NCBI RefSeq assembly: GCF_001194135.2
Contig: NC_068982.1
Span: 70,029,330-70,093,329 of the forward strand
DNA: 64,000 nt
Direction: 5' to 3'
Source: Octopus bimaculoides
Taxonomy: Eukaryota
Part shown: piece after piece, positions 51,700 to 64,000 of the stretch
How positions within the stretch are numbered: position 1 is the first letter of the stretch
Layout: every line of letters begins with the position of its first letter
Made by a program: the position numbers and the translations under genes
Notes under the pieces: generated by a model
The model's input: the letters and a program-made list of their open reading frames with translations, nothing else
Told to the model about the DNA's origin: nothing
The model's database searches: none

Positions 51700-52520
51700 G
51701 CGAAATTGCCAATGAGAGTTATGTGAGTATTGTATGTGCATGTTATGTGTGCTGTATGTCTGTGTGCACTATGTGTATCATGCATGTACATTAGTCATAA
51801 GCAGTGCACAAAATGGGACATATTTTAGCACTTTGCTGCACTTGACTGCATGTCTGGCTTGTATGTGTGTCTGAATATTATGACCAGATGTGTGTGTGCA
51901 TGTGTGAGTGCCAGATATGTGACAAACAAATGTGAATGCAGCTGCTGAGTGTATGCAACTGTCAAGCGTATGGTGCATATAACAGCTGGATGTGTGAGAC
52001 AGTCAAGTGTATGTGTACATATGTGACTACTAGGTGGTGTGTGTGTGTGTGTGTGTGTGTGTGAGTGCATGTATGTGACTGCTAAATGCTCAGTGTATGG
52101 TGTATGTAATTGCATTGTATGAGTGTGTGTATGAGGCTGTGAGGTTATATATATGACAGTCAGTATACATGCTGCCACTCGCACATCCATACATGTGCAC
52201 ATCTGCCATCCATGCATGTGTACACCTTCCATCCATGCATGTGCACACCTGCAACTCACACATGTGCACACCTTTCACTCATGCATGCACACACCAGCTG
52301 GAGTATAACAGCTGATTATTTGTATCATATAAAAAATCTAACATGTATTTGTAGCACACATCTTGTCAAGTAAGCATTAGTAATGCATAGGATGCGCTGC
52401 ATACACACCCTGTTATACTTGTCCTCCATTGTGTTGAGTGTAATGAAAGTACACTCTGTGAGTGTCAGATGTGCAGGTGTGTGCATGCATGCACACAAAC
52501 ATTGCACATTTCAGCAAATC
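51700..52520. repeat. TG/CA-rich low-complexity tract including a 23-24-bp minisatellite (~52184-52295)
   Basis: About five units CATCCATGCATGTGCACACCTGC. Confidence 0.85.
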
Positions 52521-52749
52521 TGGCATGAATGTAGATGTGCAATTCTGTCAAATAATGTCAGGAACATGGACAATGATTTGTCTAGATAGATATCAACTGA
52601 TTCAGAAAAGTGATGCACAAAGATGAGAATCTCATTTCAAGCCATTTCCCATTAATAACACAGCAATAAATACATACACACATTTTATATATATGTAGTG
52701 AAACTACCTATCGCCATTACATACAATCTTCTCATTTAAATATAAATAA

Positions 52750-52915
52750 ATGCGAGCGTAGTAGAGAACCCATTCCTTGTCCATCACGTGACTGATCATT
52801 ATTCGAATCGGCAACTTCTTCGAACCGTTCCCGCCAGAACGCGAACTGACCAATCACGGCCCCTAATAAGGTCACGTGATGGAGTAAAATTCTGAAGGCA
52901 TTTGGAGCCCTCTTA
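52750..52915. promoter_or_regulatory. CpG-rich element with two inverted E-boxes flanking a CCAAT box
   Basis: CCATCACGTGAC (52781-52792), CCAATCA (52850-52856), GTCACGTGATGG (52871-52882); dense CpGs in an otherwise CpG-poor window. Function is inferred. Confidence 0.55.
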
Positions 52916-52932
52916 ACGCTATATATAGATCA

Positions 52933-53377
52933 NNNNNNNNNNNNNNNNNNNNNNNNNNNNNNNNNNNNNNNNNNNNNNNNNNNNNNNNNNNNNNNNNNNN
53001 NNNNNNNNNNNNNNNNNNNNNNNNNNNNNNNNNNNNNNNNNNNNNNNNNNNNNNNNNNNNNNNNNNNNNNNNNNNNNNNNNNNNNNNNNNNNNNNNNNNN
53101 NNNNNNNNNNNNNNNNNNNNNNNNNNNNNNNNNNNNNNNNNNNNNNNNNNNNNNNNNNNNNNNNNNNNNNNNNNNNNNNNNNNNNNNNNNNNNNNNNNNN
53201 NNNNNNNNNNNNNNNNNNNNNNNNNNNNNNNNNNNNNNNNNNNNNNNNNNNNNNNNNNNNNNNNNNNNNNNNNNNNNNNNNNNNNNNNNNNNNNNNNNNN
53301 NNNNNNNNNNNNNNNNNNNNNNNNNNNNNNNNNNNNNNNNNNNNNNNNNNNNNNNNNNNNNNNNNNNNNNNNNNNNN
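52933..53377. other. Assembly gap (other gaps: 7976-8016, 40735-41190, 42599-42608, 58931-58940)
   Basis: N-runs. Confidence 1.
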
Positions 53378-53778
53378 CTGGTATAATTGTCCACGTGTTA
53401 TTGACTCTCTTTCTATCTGTTGTAATAATACACATACACATACATACTTTTCTTTGTATGACGGCCTGTCTTTGATTATGTTCTTATATGTCGCATTCAC
53501 ACTCTCACACAGACATACATCTTTAACGCTACAATAAATATATCTGTTATTCATCTAATACGGTTGTGGTCTTTCATTACTGGTCATCTATGTTATCGTC
53601 GCATAACATATCACGTATATCATTCATCTTTGATATATATATTTGTATGTTCGACCGTGTGACACGTTTAAATAAAAGGAGTCCTGTTTTTCCATTCGTC
53701 ACCATATCTCCTTTTATGAGTTCGCACGGTCGTCCCTAACATATATATACAAACATAGAATGTGAAAATATACTTTAC

Positions 53779-53860
53779 TTTTGATTTCCTTTCTTGCTTT
53801 AGCCAAATCTGCCATGTATTTCTTGATTTCAGCTTTAGCAGTTTTATCACTCTGTGATGG
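53779..53860 (-). CDS. FAM13A: FAM13-family exon (PSQSDKTAKAEIKKYMADLAKARKEIK)
   Basis: TTGCAG acceptor, GTAAAG donor, 82 nt; matches [27 protein letters not shown]. Confidence 0.94.
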
Positions 53861-54329
53861 CTGCAATGAAACCCAAAGAGGAAAATTCAGTTTCTTTGTG
53901 ACATAGAAATTCAATGAGAATCCTAGCCTAACAAATAGCCATCAAATATTTTTTGACAGCCCTCATCAACAACGCCTTATGCTTCACCAAACACAAGAGT
54001 GAAGCCATATATTTATCACATCTCATCATATTACTAAATCTTTCAATTATGGAAGATATTCTTTGTATTCCACTCCAATGTTACTAACTTATCTTTAATA
54101 GCTTTAAATGATGTCTAATAGAGCAAACAGTATAATGAATATCTGGGAGGGGGGCATTATAAACTAGGTAGAGAAAACAATATATTAAATATTTAGTTCA
54201 CTGTGGGTCTTTTACTTTTAACTTTTTCATACTGTTTCTTTCTACCCAGATCTCTCTCTCTCCCCTCGATTCAATGTGAAACACAAGCAGAATGATTAAG
54301 TCAACAACAGCAAGTCTCTGGTAAACACC

Positions 54330-54630
54330 AGCTCTGGTTCATTATTTACATTTGACGGATGTTTGTCCTCATCTTGTTTGTTGTTAACATGTTTCAGCTG
54401 ATATACCCTCCAGCCTTCATCAGGTGTCTTGGGGAAATTTTGAACCTGGGTTCTCATTCCTAAGGTATTTTTCGATATTATTATTATTATTATTATTAAT
54501 ATTATTCAGCTCTGGTTGTTTCAAAGCTCAGTGCTTGAGTCTTTCAACAGCTACATCATACAGTTTGGTGCCTAAGGTGCCATCTCGTTTTATCAATGGT
54601 ATATAACCATTCGTTCTCCTAAGTCTGAAG
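54330..54630 (-). mobile_element. Penelope-like element 3' end (ORF tail + pLTR)
   Basis: The minus strand reads LRRTNGYIPLIKRDGTLGTKLYDVAVERLKH*, then (AAT)n, then a hammerhead-like core; this layout is typical of PLE 3' ends. Confidence 0.65.
54385..54430 (-). ncRNA. Degenerate hammerhead-ribozyme-like motif
   Basis: Minus strand GACAC-CTGATGA-A-GGCTG-GAGGGTATAT-CAGCT-GAAAC-ATGTT: both conserved boxes and stem II are present, but no intact stem III/GUH site. Confidence 0.6.
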
Positions 54631-55025
54631 AAGGATCAAAACAATAAAATCACAGCATCCATAGACGATACTAACCAATATTAGTCCTGTAGGAACTTGA
54701 CCACTTTCATCATCATCAATTTAATGTCAACTTTTCCATGCTTGCACTAGTGGGGTGGAATTTATTGAGGCAGATTTTTCTATGGTTTAATGCCCTTTAA
54801 TCATCACTCATCTGTTTCCAAGCAAGATAATATTCTTCATGGCTACACATGTTCTTGCAGAATGTTAGAAATGAACAACACTGCTTGTATGACAGTGACA
54901 CTCATTTACAACTGTCATGCAATGTCAAGACAAGAAGACACAAACATACACATAAACACATAAAATTCCTATTTATAATTTTTTTTATCTATTTATTTTC
55001 AAAAATAAAAATGGGTTTGACTTAC

Positions 55026-55084
55026 TCGGTATCCATGTTCTCGCTCAAAGTTTTCTTCAAATAACTTTATCTTTTTCCTCAGAG
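55026..55084 (-). CDS. FAM13A: FAM13-family exon (LRKKIKLFEENFEREHGYR)
   Basis: TTACTAG acceptor, GTAAGT donor, 59 nt; matches LKKKIRKFEDRFEEEKKYR. Confidence 0.94.
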
Positions 55085-57770
55085 CTAGTAACATTAAAAA
55101 ATAATATATTTCAAGATTATTTGGATATTTATTCATCCTCCCTCTCACACACACAAACATTGGATTACCAAAATTGCTGAAAGATTTTATCCTCAGCAAA
55201 AAAGACAGTATAGCAGTGAGAAGCAAAAGAGAAATGCATTTCTTTCTTAAATTGATGCTAAATTGACTGAAAATTTTCTAGAACAATTCTGACTGTTTAA
55301 ATGTTTTGTAAAAAGTATTTATAGAAAATAACACAGAAAAAGATCAAGGTCAGCCTAAAATTCAAGTGAGCTCTCTGCACTGTGGAGTGAAAAGAAATAG
55401 AACAGTTTCAACTTGCACACTAAAATAGCATATAATAATTTCTAACATACCAGCAAGGCAATACACTCTTTTTTTGTTTTTTTTATAGTGGGGTGGGATT
55501 AGTACTTGATAAGCTCTTAATTTTATTGACTCCAAAAATGCAGAGTTGACTTCAGCAGGATTTCAACTCAGAAAAGTAGAACTGAAACAAATACTGCAAG
55601 GCATTTACTCTGATACTCAAACAACTTTACCAATTCCTGTTAATATAAAATAGCTTAAACAGTTAAGTCAGAAGATGCTTTGCTTTCTGGCATTTCCACA
55701 AAAGTTTTTAAAAATTGTTAAGAAAATCTTTTTTAAAGATTCTCAGCTGAGATAAATTCAGAAAGATTTCAGTTTTTAACCAAGTATTTCTTATAAATCT
55801 GAAGAAACAAGTAGACCCAGCAAGGGAGAAAAGAAAACAAAAAAATAATAAATATCTTAGTACAAATAATATTCAATATAATTCAATGGCCAAATTTGAC
55901 AATTTTAATGGTTCAATAATAGCTCAGCTTCAAGATTCCTATGATAATGCTACAAAATTTTGAGAATCATTGTTTTGTTTAACATCTGTTTTTCCATGCT
56001 TACATGGATTTTAAAAGAGAGTTATTTGAGGTATGATTTTATGGTTGGATGCTCTTCCTGGTGCCAACACTTACTTGTTTTTCAAGTAAGGGATTTCTCT
56101 ATTCTGCATGTCTTCAAAAGGACCGAGTAACTGGTCATGTCAACAGAGATGTTAACATCAGAAAAAAAGCTTCACTCAAGCAGTGACACCCACATGTACT
56201 GTGTATATATTCAATGTGTTTCCTGTAGTTTCTGCCAACCAAATTCTCTCATTGGTAGGTTCATGGTTATAGAAGACACTTATTCATGCAAAGTGCCATG
56301 CAGTGAGTCCAAACCAAATCGCATATAACTGCAAAACAAATCCCTCAAATAGCCAGGGCCATGCTTGCACTATGAAGGCTTTCTAAAATACATGGTCAAC
56401 CAATATGCAGCTGCTTTCCACTGAAGCCAGGTAACTCTTATTGACCTCCCTTCACATGCAAAAATGTTCATACCAAGTAACAAAGAACTAAATGAAGTTA
56501 ATGGTTTCTGTGTGTCATTGAATAGCTAGAATGAGTCTGCCATGCTATGACTGCCATCCCAAGATAGTTTAGAGTAGAGAGAAGACATATCAATGAAGAG
56601 GTTGTAAATGACAAAGAAATGACTTCAGCAAACACAACTGATTAATTGATTAACCAAATGATCAATCAAGTAATCAATTAGTTAGCTGGTTGGCCACATA
56701 GCTAATCAACTGATGAATGATAATAAAAAAAATGAAATTGAATCAATGTGTGTGTGTGCTTTTCATTGACATAACTAGTGGGACCTGTGGAAATTCTACA
56801 GAATTAAAAAAGGTTAAGAGAAGCTATTTAAGAAAGAAAGGATGATTTTTATTTTGCTAAGTATTTCACTTCCAGTCACAATAATATATTATATGATTTT
56901 AAAATTTACCTCAGTTAAGCACTTTATATTTCTCTCTACCTCTTCAACAAAGTTTTTAATCATGTAATTCCCTTCTTCATGTCTTTAACATTTCCCTTTC
57001 TCTTCACCTCTCACTTCCACTAACCACATGAGTGACAGCATAATGCACTGGCTGGCCATCTGCTCTCTCACTCACTCTCATATTCCCTCTTCATTTCTTT
57101 CCCTCCACCTCCTCCTAACAAACTAAAGCGTAAAGTGTGAACAAAGATGTAGAAGAATAATTTCATAGATTTAGTTTGATAAACAAAAAAAAAAAACACT
57201 TTTCAGTATCAATACACCACCACTGCCATCATCATCATCACTATAGTTTTCAGTAACAAAGCTCATTTAATTTCAGTTCAGCTGTTTGTTTTTATCTACT
57301 TTTTCTTGCTGTCAATGTATCTCTACTCTGATAATACAAACCCTACCTGTTTCTGCCTCTCTCTCTCTCTCCCTCTCTCAACATAATTGCCTCCTCTGTC
57401 CATCTCTCTCAATCAGCCTTTCTTCAACCTCACCACCAGAACATCACACTCTGCTAAATATTGTATCCTAAACATATCTCTTAATCTTTATTTTTCTCTC
57501 CCCACCCTACAATACGTTAACACCTCTCTCCCTCTATTCTTTCACCATCTTTTTCTCTCACTCTTAACCTCTCCCTTCAACTAACCACATGACACATTTG
57601 GCCTTATTATACATCTTTTTCTGCTTCTTCCTCACTTCTTTCTTCTCTACTCACATTCCTTCCCTCTCTCTCTCACCTTTACTCCACCTCTAACTAAAGT
57701 ATAACATATGAACAAACAAGCAGATTATTATATAGATGACCTTCCCAAGTTACAACTAAATAGAACTTAC

Positions 57771-57832
57771 ACTGAATCTTCTTAGTCAGTTGCTTTAATC
57801 TTGTAGTGTATTCATCTTCAACTGCCACATTT
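57771..57832 (-). CDS. FAM13A: FAM13-family exon (NVAVEDEYTTRLKQLTKKIQ); most upstream exon traced
   Basis: TTTCCCTCCAG acceptor, GTAAGT donor, 62 nt; splicing gives KQLTKKIQSLRKK (human QLTRRIQSLKKK). Confidence 0.92.
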
Positions 57833-58860
57833 CTGGAGGGAAAAGAAAATCATGAGAAAATAAAGACTGAAAAATACAATTGTTTTAGAAAATAAAAACT
57901 TGAAAAAAAAAAAGTTCTGAACAATTTTGTCACTTCATATTTTATCTTCTCCATTCATGTTAGAACCAGTTCTCATTAGTTTCAAAAATAAAGACCAACT
58001 GGAAAACTAGCAGAGAGCTGATAGGCAAGATAAGTCGTTAGATTTTAACAAAGGAATATGGAGTTTGTTTTCATTTTATATATATAAACAAGGAATTAAA
58101 GAATTAATTATGTTAATTTTAGCAAACACAAAATAAAGAGTCAATGAGAAGAATCATAGAGCATTCATTATTATTTCTTACAGTTAACCTTACACACAGA
58201 GTCTACTATATAAATAACGGCATCTATGAATGGAGAGTAAGCAGAGTGAAACAAATATTTTATATTTTCTGCAAGAGATCTTATTATATATTTGTTAAAA
58301 GTCAAGAAATTAAGAGATTAATATTTTTCATTACAATAAGGGGTAATGAAGTCCAACAATCCAGAGCAAAAATAGTCATATTTCATGTGTGCACACAATA
58401 CCCATTTAAGTAGACACTTAACACTTCTAGTCGAAATTTAAACAGAAGTGAACTAATAAAAACAAAAAGTACTTTTAATCTTTCTTTTAAATTTCTAACT
58501 TGGTTAAACCAAAAGAAATATTAGGGGCTCACACAAGATAATGTCTCAATGGAAGATTAGCAGTGGATATGACTGAAGACAGGTACAACTGAAGGAGACG
58601 ACGTATGAGACTGTTTAAAATAGAGCAGCTATTGTAGGTGACAATACATGCAAGCTTCATTGAACCTGTAAAGAAGAAATATGTCAGACTGACACAGTCC
58701 CAGATAATCAAGAAGATCAATTAAGACAGAGTAATAATAATAATAATAAAAATATAAAAAATGGGTTAAACTCTTCTTTGAACAAAAGATCTCAGTTCTG
58801 ACAATAAATCATACTTGACAATAGATTTAATCTAAGTGTCTGTACTTGTACCAGTACAAC

Positions 58861-58916
<56 letters not shown>

Positions 58917-58945
58917 GAGGGAGAGAGAGANNNNNNNNNNGAGAA

Positions 58946-58982
<37 letters not shown>

Positions 58983-59047
58983 ACAGGTCTATGTGATCGT
59001 GTGCAGATGTGTCAAAATATATAAATTGACTATACAGTGTGTCTATA

Positions 59048-59261
59048 TATTCTTTTCTACTCAAGGCACAAGGCCTGAAATTCTGGGGGAGGGGGGCCAG
59101 TCGATTAGATCAACTCTAGTATGCAACTGGTATTTAATTTACCAACCTCGAAAGGATAAAAGGCAAAGCTGACCTTGGTGGAATTTGAACTCAGAACGGC
59201 AGACGAAATACTGCGAAGCATTTTGCCTAGCGTGCTAACAATTCTGCCAGCTTGCGGCCCT
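59048..59261 (-). mobile_element. Solitary family-A SINE with 12-bp TSD
   Basis: TSD AGTGTGTCTATA at 59036-59047 and 59262-59273. Confidence 0.88.
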
Positions 59262-60019
59262 AGTGTGTCTATACATTAAGTATGCAATGTGTGTGCATGT
59301 GCTTGCATTGCCCCTTGTTCTCCTCTCGAGATAGAGAACTAGGATCTCTTTATAAATTAGAGAAATACAAAAAAGGATCATGTCACCAAGCCAACCATAT
59401 AGTTGAAATGTCATTGTCTAAGATAATGATGCTAACTTTAAAAAAAGGACACAAATAAAGCTTTATTTCCCATGACCAAAATCTCTTGTAGAAGTTGTTC
59501 AAATTGTTTTATATGGTATTCAAATCAGTAATCATAAATCATATCAAATATAGAATGTGCTCAAAACAGAAACAAAAATCCTTTAAATAGAACAGAGAAC
59601 TATTAAAACAGAAAAGCCTCACTTAGAGCAGCAGGCAAATTTCTTTAGAAGCAAGATAACAAAAAATTAAAAATCATAAAGTTTCAAATACAAATTGTCT
59701 GCTTTGAAATACTATGTTCACAATAAGCATGGAATAGACGTAATTAGACTACAGTCAAACAAATAAGTTTGCTTCTAAAATCTGATTTATCCTCTTGTCT
59801 GTCCATCACACTTCACAGAGCAAATCACACTATGCTAATGTAAAGTATGATCCCTAACAAAATTAAAAGCATAATGTGTAAGATACAACCTGGACATAAA
59901 GCCTATAGAGTGTCTGTACACATCGTAATGCATACCATTAAGCTTTAAGTGAAATCAAATTTTAATTTTCTAAAATAAGTTTGTAATATGGGTGTAGATA
60001 TATGAATAATAGATGCAAG

Positions 60020-60450
60020 CATGGCTGGCTGGTTTAAGAAATTTGCTTCCCATTCACATTGGTTATAAGTTCAGTCCCATTGTGTGGCACCTTGGATAAA
60101 TGCTTTCTACAATAGACCTGGGCCAACCAAACTGTGTGAGCGGATTTGGTAGACAAAAACTGAAAGAAGCCCTAAACACACACACACACGCACACATACA
60201 TGAATGTATGTGTATGTGTGCATATTTGTTACTGTTTCCTTGTCTTGAGAGGACATGATAGTTGTAAACAAGTGTTACTGTTTACAAATAGCATTTCCAA
60301 CCCCCTGTAGAAACATGTCTGGCCTTGGGGAAATATTACCTTACTTAGAAACAGGTGGGAGTTGGCAATAGGAATGGCATCTGGCCATAGAAAATCTGAC
60401 TCAACAAATTCATCTGATCCATGCAAACATGAAAAGTGGACATATGATGA
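60020..60450 (+). repeat. Composite of a family-C head and a family-E body
   Basis: The same composite is seen at ~34600-34995 and ~22900-23270. Confidence 0.7.
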
Positions 60451-60924
60451 TGATGAGCATGATGATGGTAGGGGTGGTAATGATGTTGATAAAGGTGTGC
60501 ATGTGTACTAACTGTTACTGCTACACCAGTATCCATTTACAGACTATTTGTATAACAGAAACATGGTTTAGTTTTATTAGCCATGTACCCATATTATTAG
60601 CATAAACTACTTAGTGCTCTGACAAAAACATCATCATTTTAGTTACTGTAACCATGCTAGCTTGTTAAGGCTATAGCAAATTAGGTTACATGTATTGACA
60701 TTGGTTCATATACAAATATTCATTAATTCCATCAATGTTTCAGCATTTCTACCAATATACATTGGGTTTAGTATTTATGTTTGGTAGGATATGAAGGCCA
60801 ATACAAGTATCAATGCAAATATAGATTTTTATCACACAATAAGCCAGCTTCCACTTCACCAAACAACCTAACTTTAGAAACTAAGGATGATTACAAAAAC
60901 AAACCTTCCTTCATGTAATATTGA

Positions 60925-60954
<30 letters not shown>

Positions 60955-60960
<6 letters not shown>

Positions 60961-61146
60961 GCATTCAAAAAAGTATCTGACTTCATTTTTTCAGGCAAAA
61001 ACTAATGTTGTGAGGGCACATGTGTGAAAATTTTCACACCAGTAGGCCACATCAGTTCCTGGCTATTACATCCTAGAATACAGATGGGTAGTGCATGCTC
61101 AGATTTTCATTTTCACGCAAGATGACTGAACACATTGAGCAGAGAC
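60955..61146 (+). mobile_element. 5' fragment of a third mariner family
   Basis: After (TA)n: AAGGTGCATTCAAAAAAGTATCTGACTT (mariner-like TIR) ... ATGACTGAACACATTGAGCAGAGA (MTEHIEQR, a mariner-like start), then truncated. Confidence 0.6.
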
Positions 61147-64000
61147 CATAAACCAATGAAGTCTGAGTTATATATATATATGGTTAGTTTCCACACAGTT
61201 TTCACCTATCAAATTCACCAACAAGGTATTAATTAACCCAGCCCAGGGTTCAACACAGTGGGAGTAAATCCAAAAGCACATGGTTGTAAAGTGAACTCTA
61301 ATTTCACAGCCATACCTGGATCTGTAATTTACTGAATAATCCAAATAACTCCATACCCAATCAATCTATAAAACCTATAAATCCTTAAATAGTAATTATA
61401 TTTGATCATATTCAGAGCAAAGTCTTTTTTAGATTCTTGCATTCTATACAAAACTCTTAATATTTTACATTTCTTTGAAGTGCTCCTCTTAAAACTAGAG
61501 TGTTAGTCATCACATGATGGGTGATTCTGGAAGTATACATTTACTGCCATTGGGCAATATCAGGAAATTTGATATACATATAACAATTATAATTCAACTT
61601 TTATCAAATTTCTTTCCTTGATGCCTATACAAAACAATGAAATCATTATCAACATCATTTAATGAATGTGTTCCATGCTGGCAAGAGTTGGACTGATCAA
61701 CAGTATCTGACTAACCTATTGGTCTCTAGTGTTTGCTTTGGCAAGGTTTCTCCAGCCAGATGCCTTTTCTAATGCCAACCAATTTACAGAGTATACTGGG
61801 TACTTTATGTGACACAAACACTAGTGATGTCACTAAGTGACTCACAAGACAATACTACTCAACTGAGTAGTAGTGCAGTATTGAGGGAAGTTGCTTTGAG
61901 TTAGATATAGAGAGGGATGGACTGAAATGCATGTTTTGCTGCAGAGGGGGTACATGAATAGCTGATTAGGAAAGGGAGAAAGAATGAGATGAGACTAATA
62001 TTAATTTTCAAAAGAAAAATATTACTTTAAAATAAAATTAAAACAAATATCTCATTTGCATAATTGCAATAAAAGTGTTACTTCTTTGCAAATTTTATCA
62101 ACATAAATCTGTCGTTGAAAACCTACCCTTAGAAAATTTCATTAAAAAATGCGTATTTTTTAGAAAACCACAAAACATTCATCTTGTATCTCTTAAATTA
62201 ACTCCTTATTTCTATTTTAACCTCTCTCTCCTCCTCTCTATATGATGTGAAGAGTGACGAAGAATCTACCAAGCAACCAACCAACATTTATATCAGCTAT
62301 TATTAAGTAGAAATTATTTTGGAGTTCATTAAAAATGACACATAAGAAAAATGCATAAAAAAACCATTGAGAAAAGAAAATACTTTTTTTTTTAAACAAA
62401 ACATTGTCTATAATAAAAACAGGGAATTATTTTATGTTCACTTCTTTCTATTTTTTTAATACAGTATTGGAGTTTTTCAAATCTATTTTGAAACTTTATA
62501 AATATATTTTTCTTTAAAAAACAAAAACAATAAAAAATGTTTTAATTATAATTCATTTGGTAAAAGACAAAAAATAATGATGCTTTTAAATAAGAGGACT
62601 GCAAAATATTTCCTCATCACCAACATCAGTGGGGGGGGGGGGCGGATCTTGTTGCTTGTAGCAAAACTAAAAAGCAGAAGAATAAAATTTCCAACACAAT
62701 GAAAGATTACAAAAAAATATATCTAGCACAGGTTATAAATATGAAATAAGTCAGTCTCTGAATTTGATCAAAAGAGCAGGAGGAGTTGTGGGAATACAGC
62801 TGTATTAGAATGAGTGGGGAAGAATTCATAGAAAAATAATGAAAGAATATTTATATAATTACTCTTTAAAAACTGTTTTGAAAATACATGCAAAGTTGCA
62901 AATATATTGGGATAACTATGTTTGTGTAATAAAAAAAAAAGGAATTAATTCTTTTCATACCAACCCACCCATGACAGCCCCTAGTTATATGATATATAAG
63001 CATTCTGTTTTGAAGTGATCTGAATAGAAACTTCCCATCAAAATTTCATGTTCATTTGTTCCGAACACCAGTTTAATAATAACAGCATTATTTTACTAAA
63101 TTCTTCATCATTTTTAAAATTAAATGAAACAAAGGCCCTTATATTTCAACGGAAATATGGTAACAAAGGAGTTAAATAGGCATGTACATTAAATGCTTAT
63201 TCTTGAAAAGAAGGCAGTAATACTGCATTTTTGCAACTAATATTCCAAATTTGCCCAAGATTTGTAGGGTGTTGTTATCCAAGACAGTAGTAAAATATAC
63301 CAACATATAGATAAATTTTAAATGAATTTGTAATTTGTTTAAGCATATGCAAATCTGAATAAATGAGTATATAATGAACTTGTGTATATATGCAAATAAT
63401 TAAGCATTCTTATAATTAAATTCATTTGATATTTAAAACAAATCATTTAAATCACCACCATCAAAATTGGAATGTAAAAATACATTGTTTCTTTTTCACA
63501 TATTGTTAATAAAAGGTTCCCTGTCATATTTTTTTTCATTGCTATTTTCATTCACTGGTTTACAAATCAATAGTTCATTTAAACAAAGGGTAAATAATTT
63601 CAAATTACTAATATTGTCTTTCAGATTGAACATGAAAAATATCTAAAAAAAAAATTTATTTTATTCATAAGCATATACTTCTACCAATATATGATCAGCA
63701 CTGTGTGTGTGTGTGTATGCACGTGCGCATGTTTGTGTACATGTGTATGTATGTCATATATATGTATTTAATGTGTCTTTTTTTTATGGTTTTATGGATA
63801 AAAACAATCATTAAAGAAGTAAAATATATTTATAAAAAAGTCTGTCTTTAAGTATATATTTTTTGTTCTTTGGTTAGATCATTAGGTTGTGCCCATACTG
63901 GAGGATAGATTCTAAAGATATAGGGTGTATGTATCAACCAAAATACTTGACTGGTATTATGCAAAGAGGCATAATGCAAAATCACCTAGCCACAATTGGA

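Noticed and set aside
52872-53554. ORFs of 150-210 aa in the ORF track
   Set aside because: They are artefacts of the 445-N gap.
58529-58665. Possible upstream FAM13 exon (TTTACAG acceptor, GTGAGC donor, phase-compatible)
   Set aside because: The peptide GSMKLACIVTYNSCSILNSLIRRLLQLY... shows no resemblance to FAM13; left uncalled without transcript data.

Overview
AT-rich, microsatellite- and repeat-dense animal genomic DNA from a gapped scaffold with five N-runs. The repeat families look like those of an octopod cephalopod; this is an inference from the SINE/LINE types, not a database result. Two convergent multi-exon genes can be reconstructed by hand with GT-AG boundaries and consistent phases. 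(1) The last three coding exons of a TOM1/TOM1L2-family endosomal adaptor on the + strand (8081-11463, ending EFDKFLQERAAAADNLP...DDDDSPLFAL*). (2) Eleven 3' coding exons of a FAM13-family gene on the - strand (57832 down to stop at 32646; 356 codons plus stop). Both genes extend beyond what could be traced. The rest is mobile DNA: three mariner relics, RTE-type LINE relics, several tRNA-headed SINE families (some stacked head-to-tail on (ATT)n, some with clean target-site duplications), piggyBac- and hAT-type MITEs, and two Penelope-like relics carrying degenerate hammerhead-ribozyme cores on the FAM13 sense strand. No true tRNA, rRNA or CRISPR array was found. I cannot demonstrate a new biological system. 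The best leads are the intronic hammerhead relics, a CpG-rich E-box/CCAAT/E-box module inside a FAM13 intron, a candidate poison exon in FAM13, a candidate alternative last exon in TOM1, and the (ATT)n-stacked SINE arrays.
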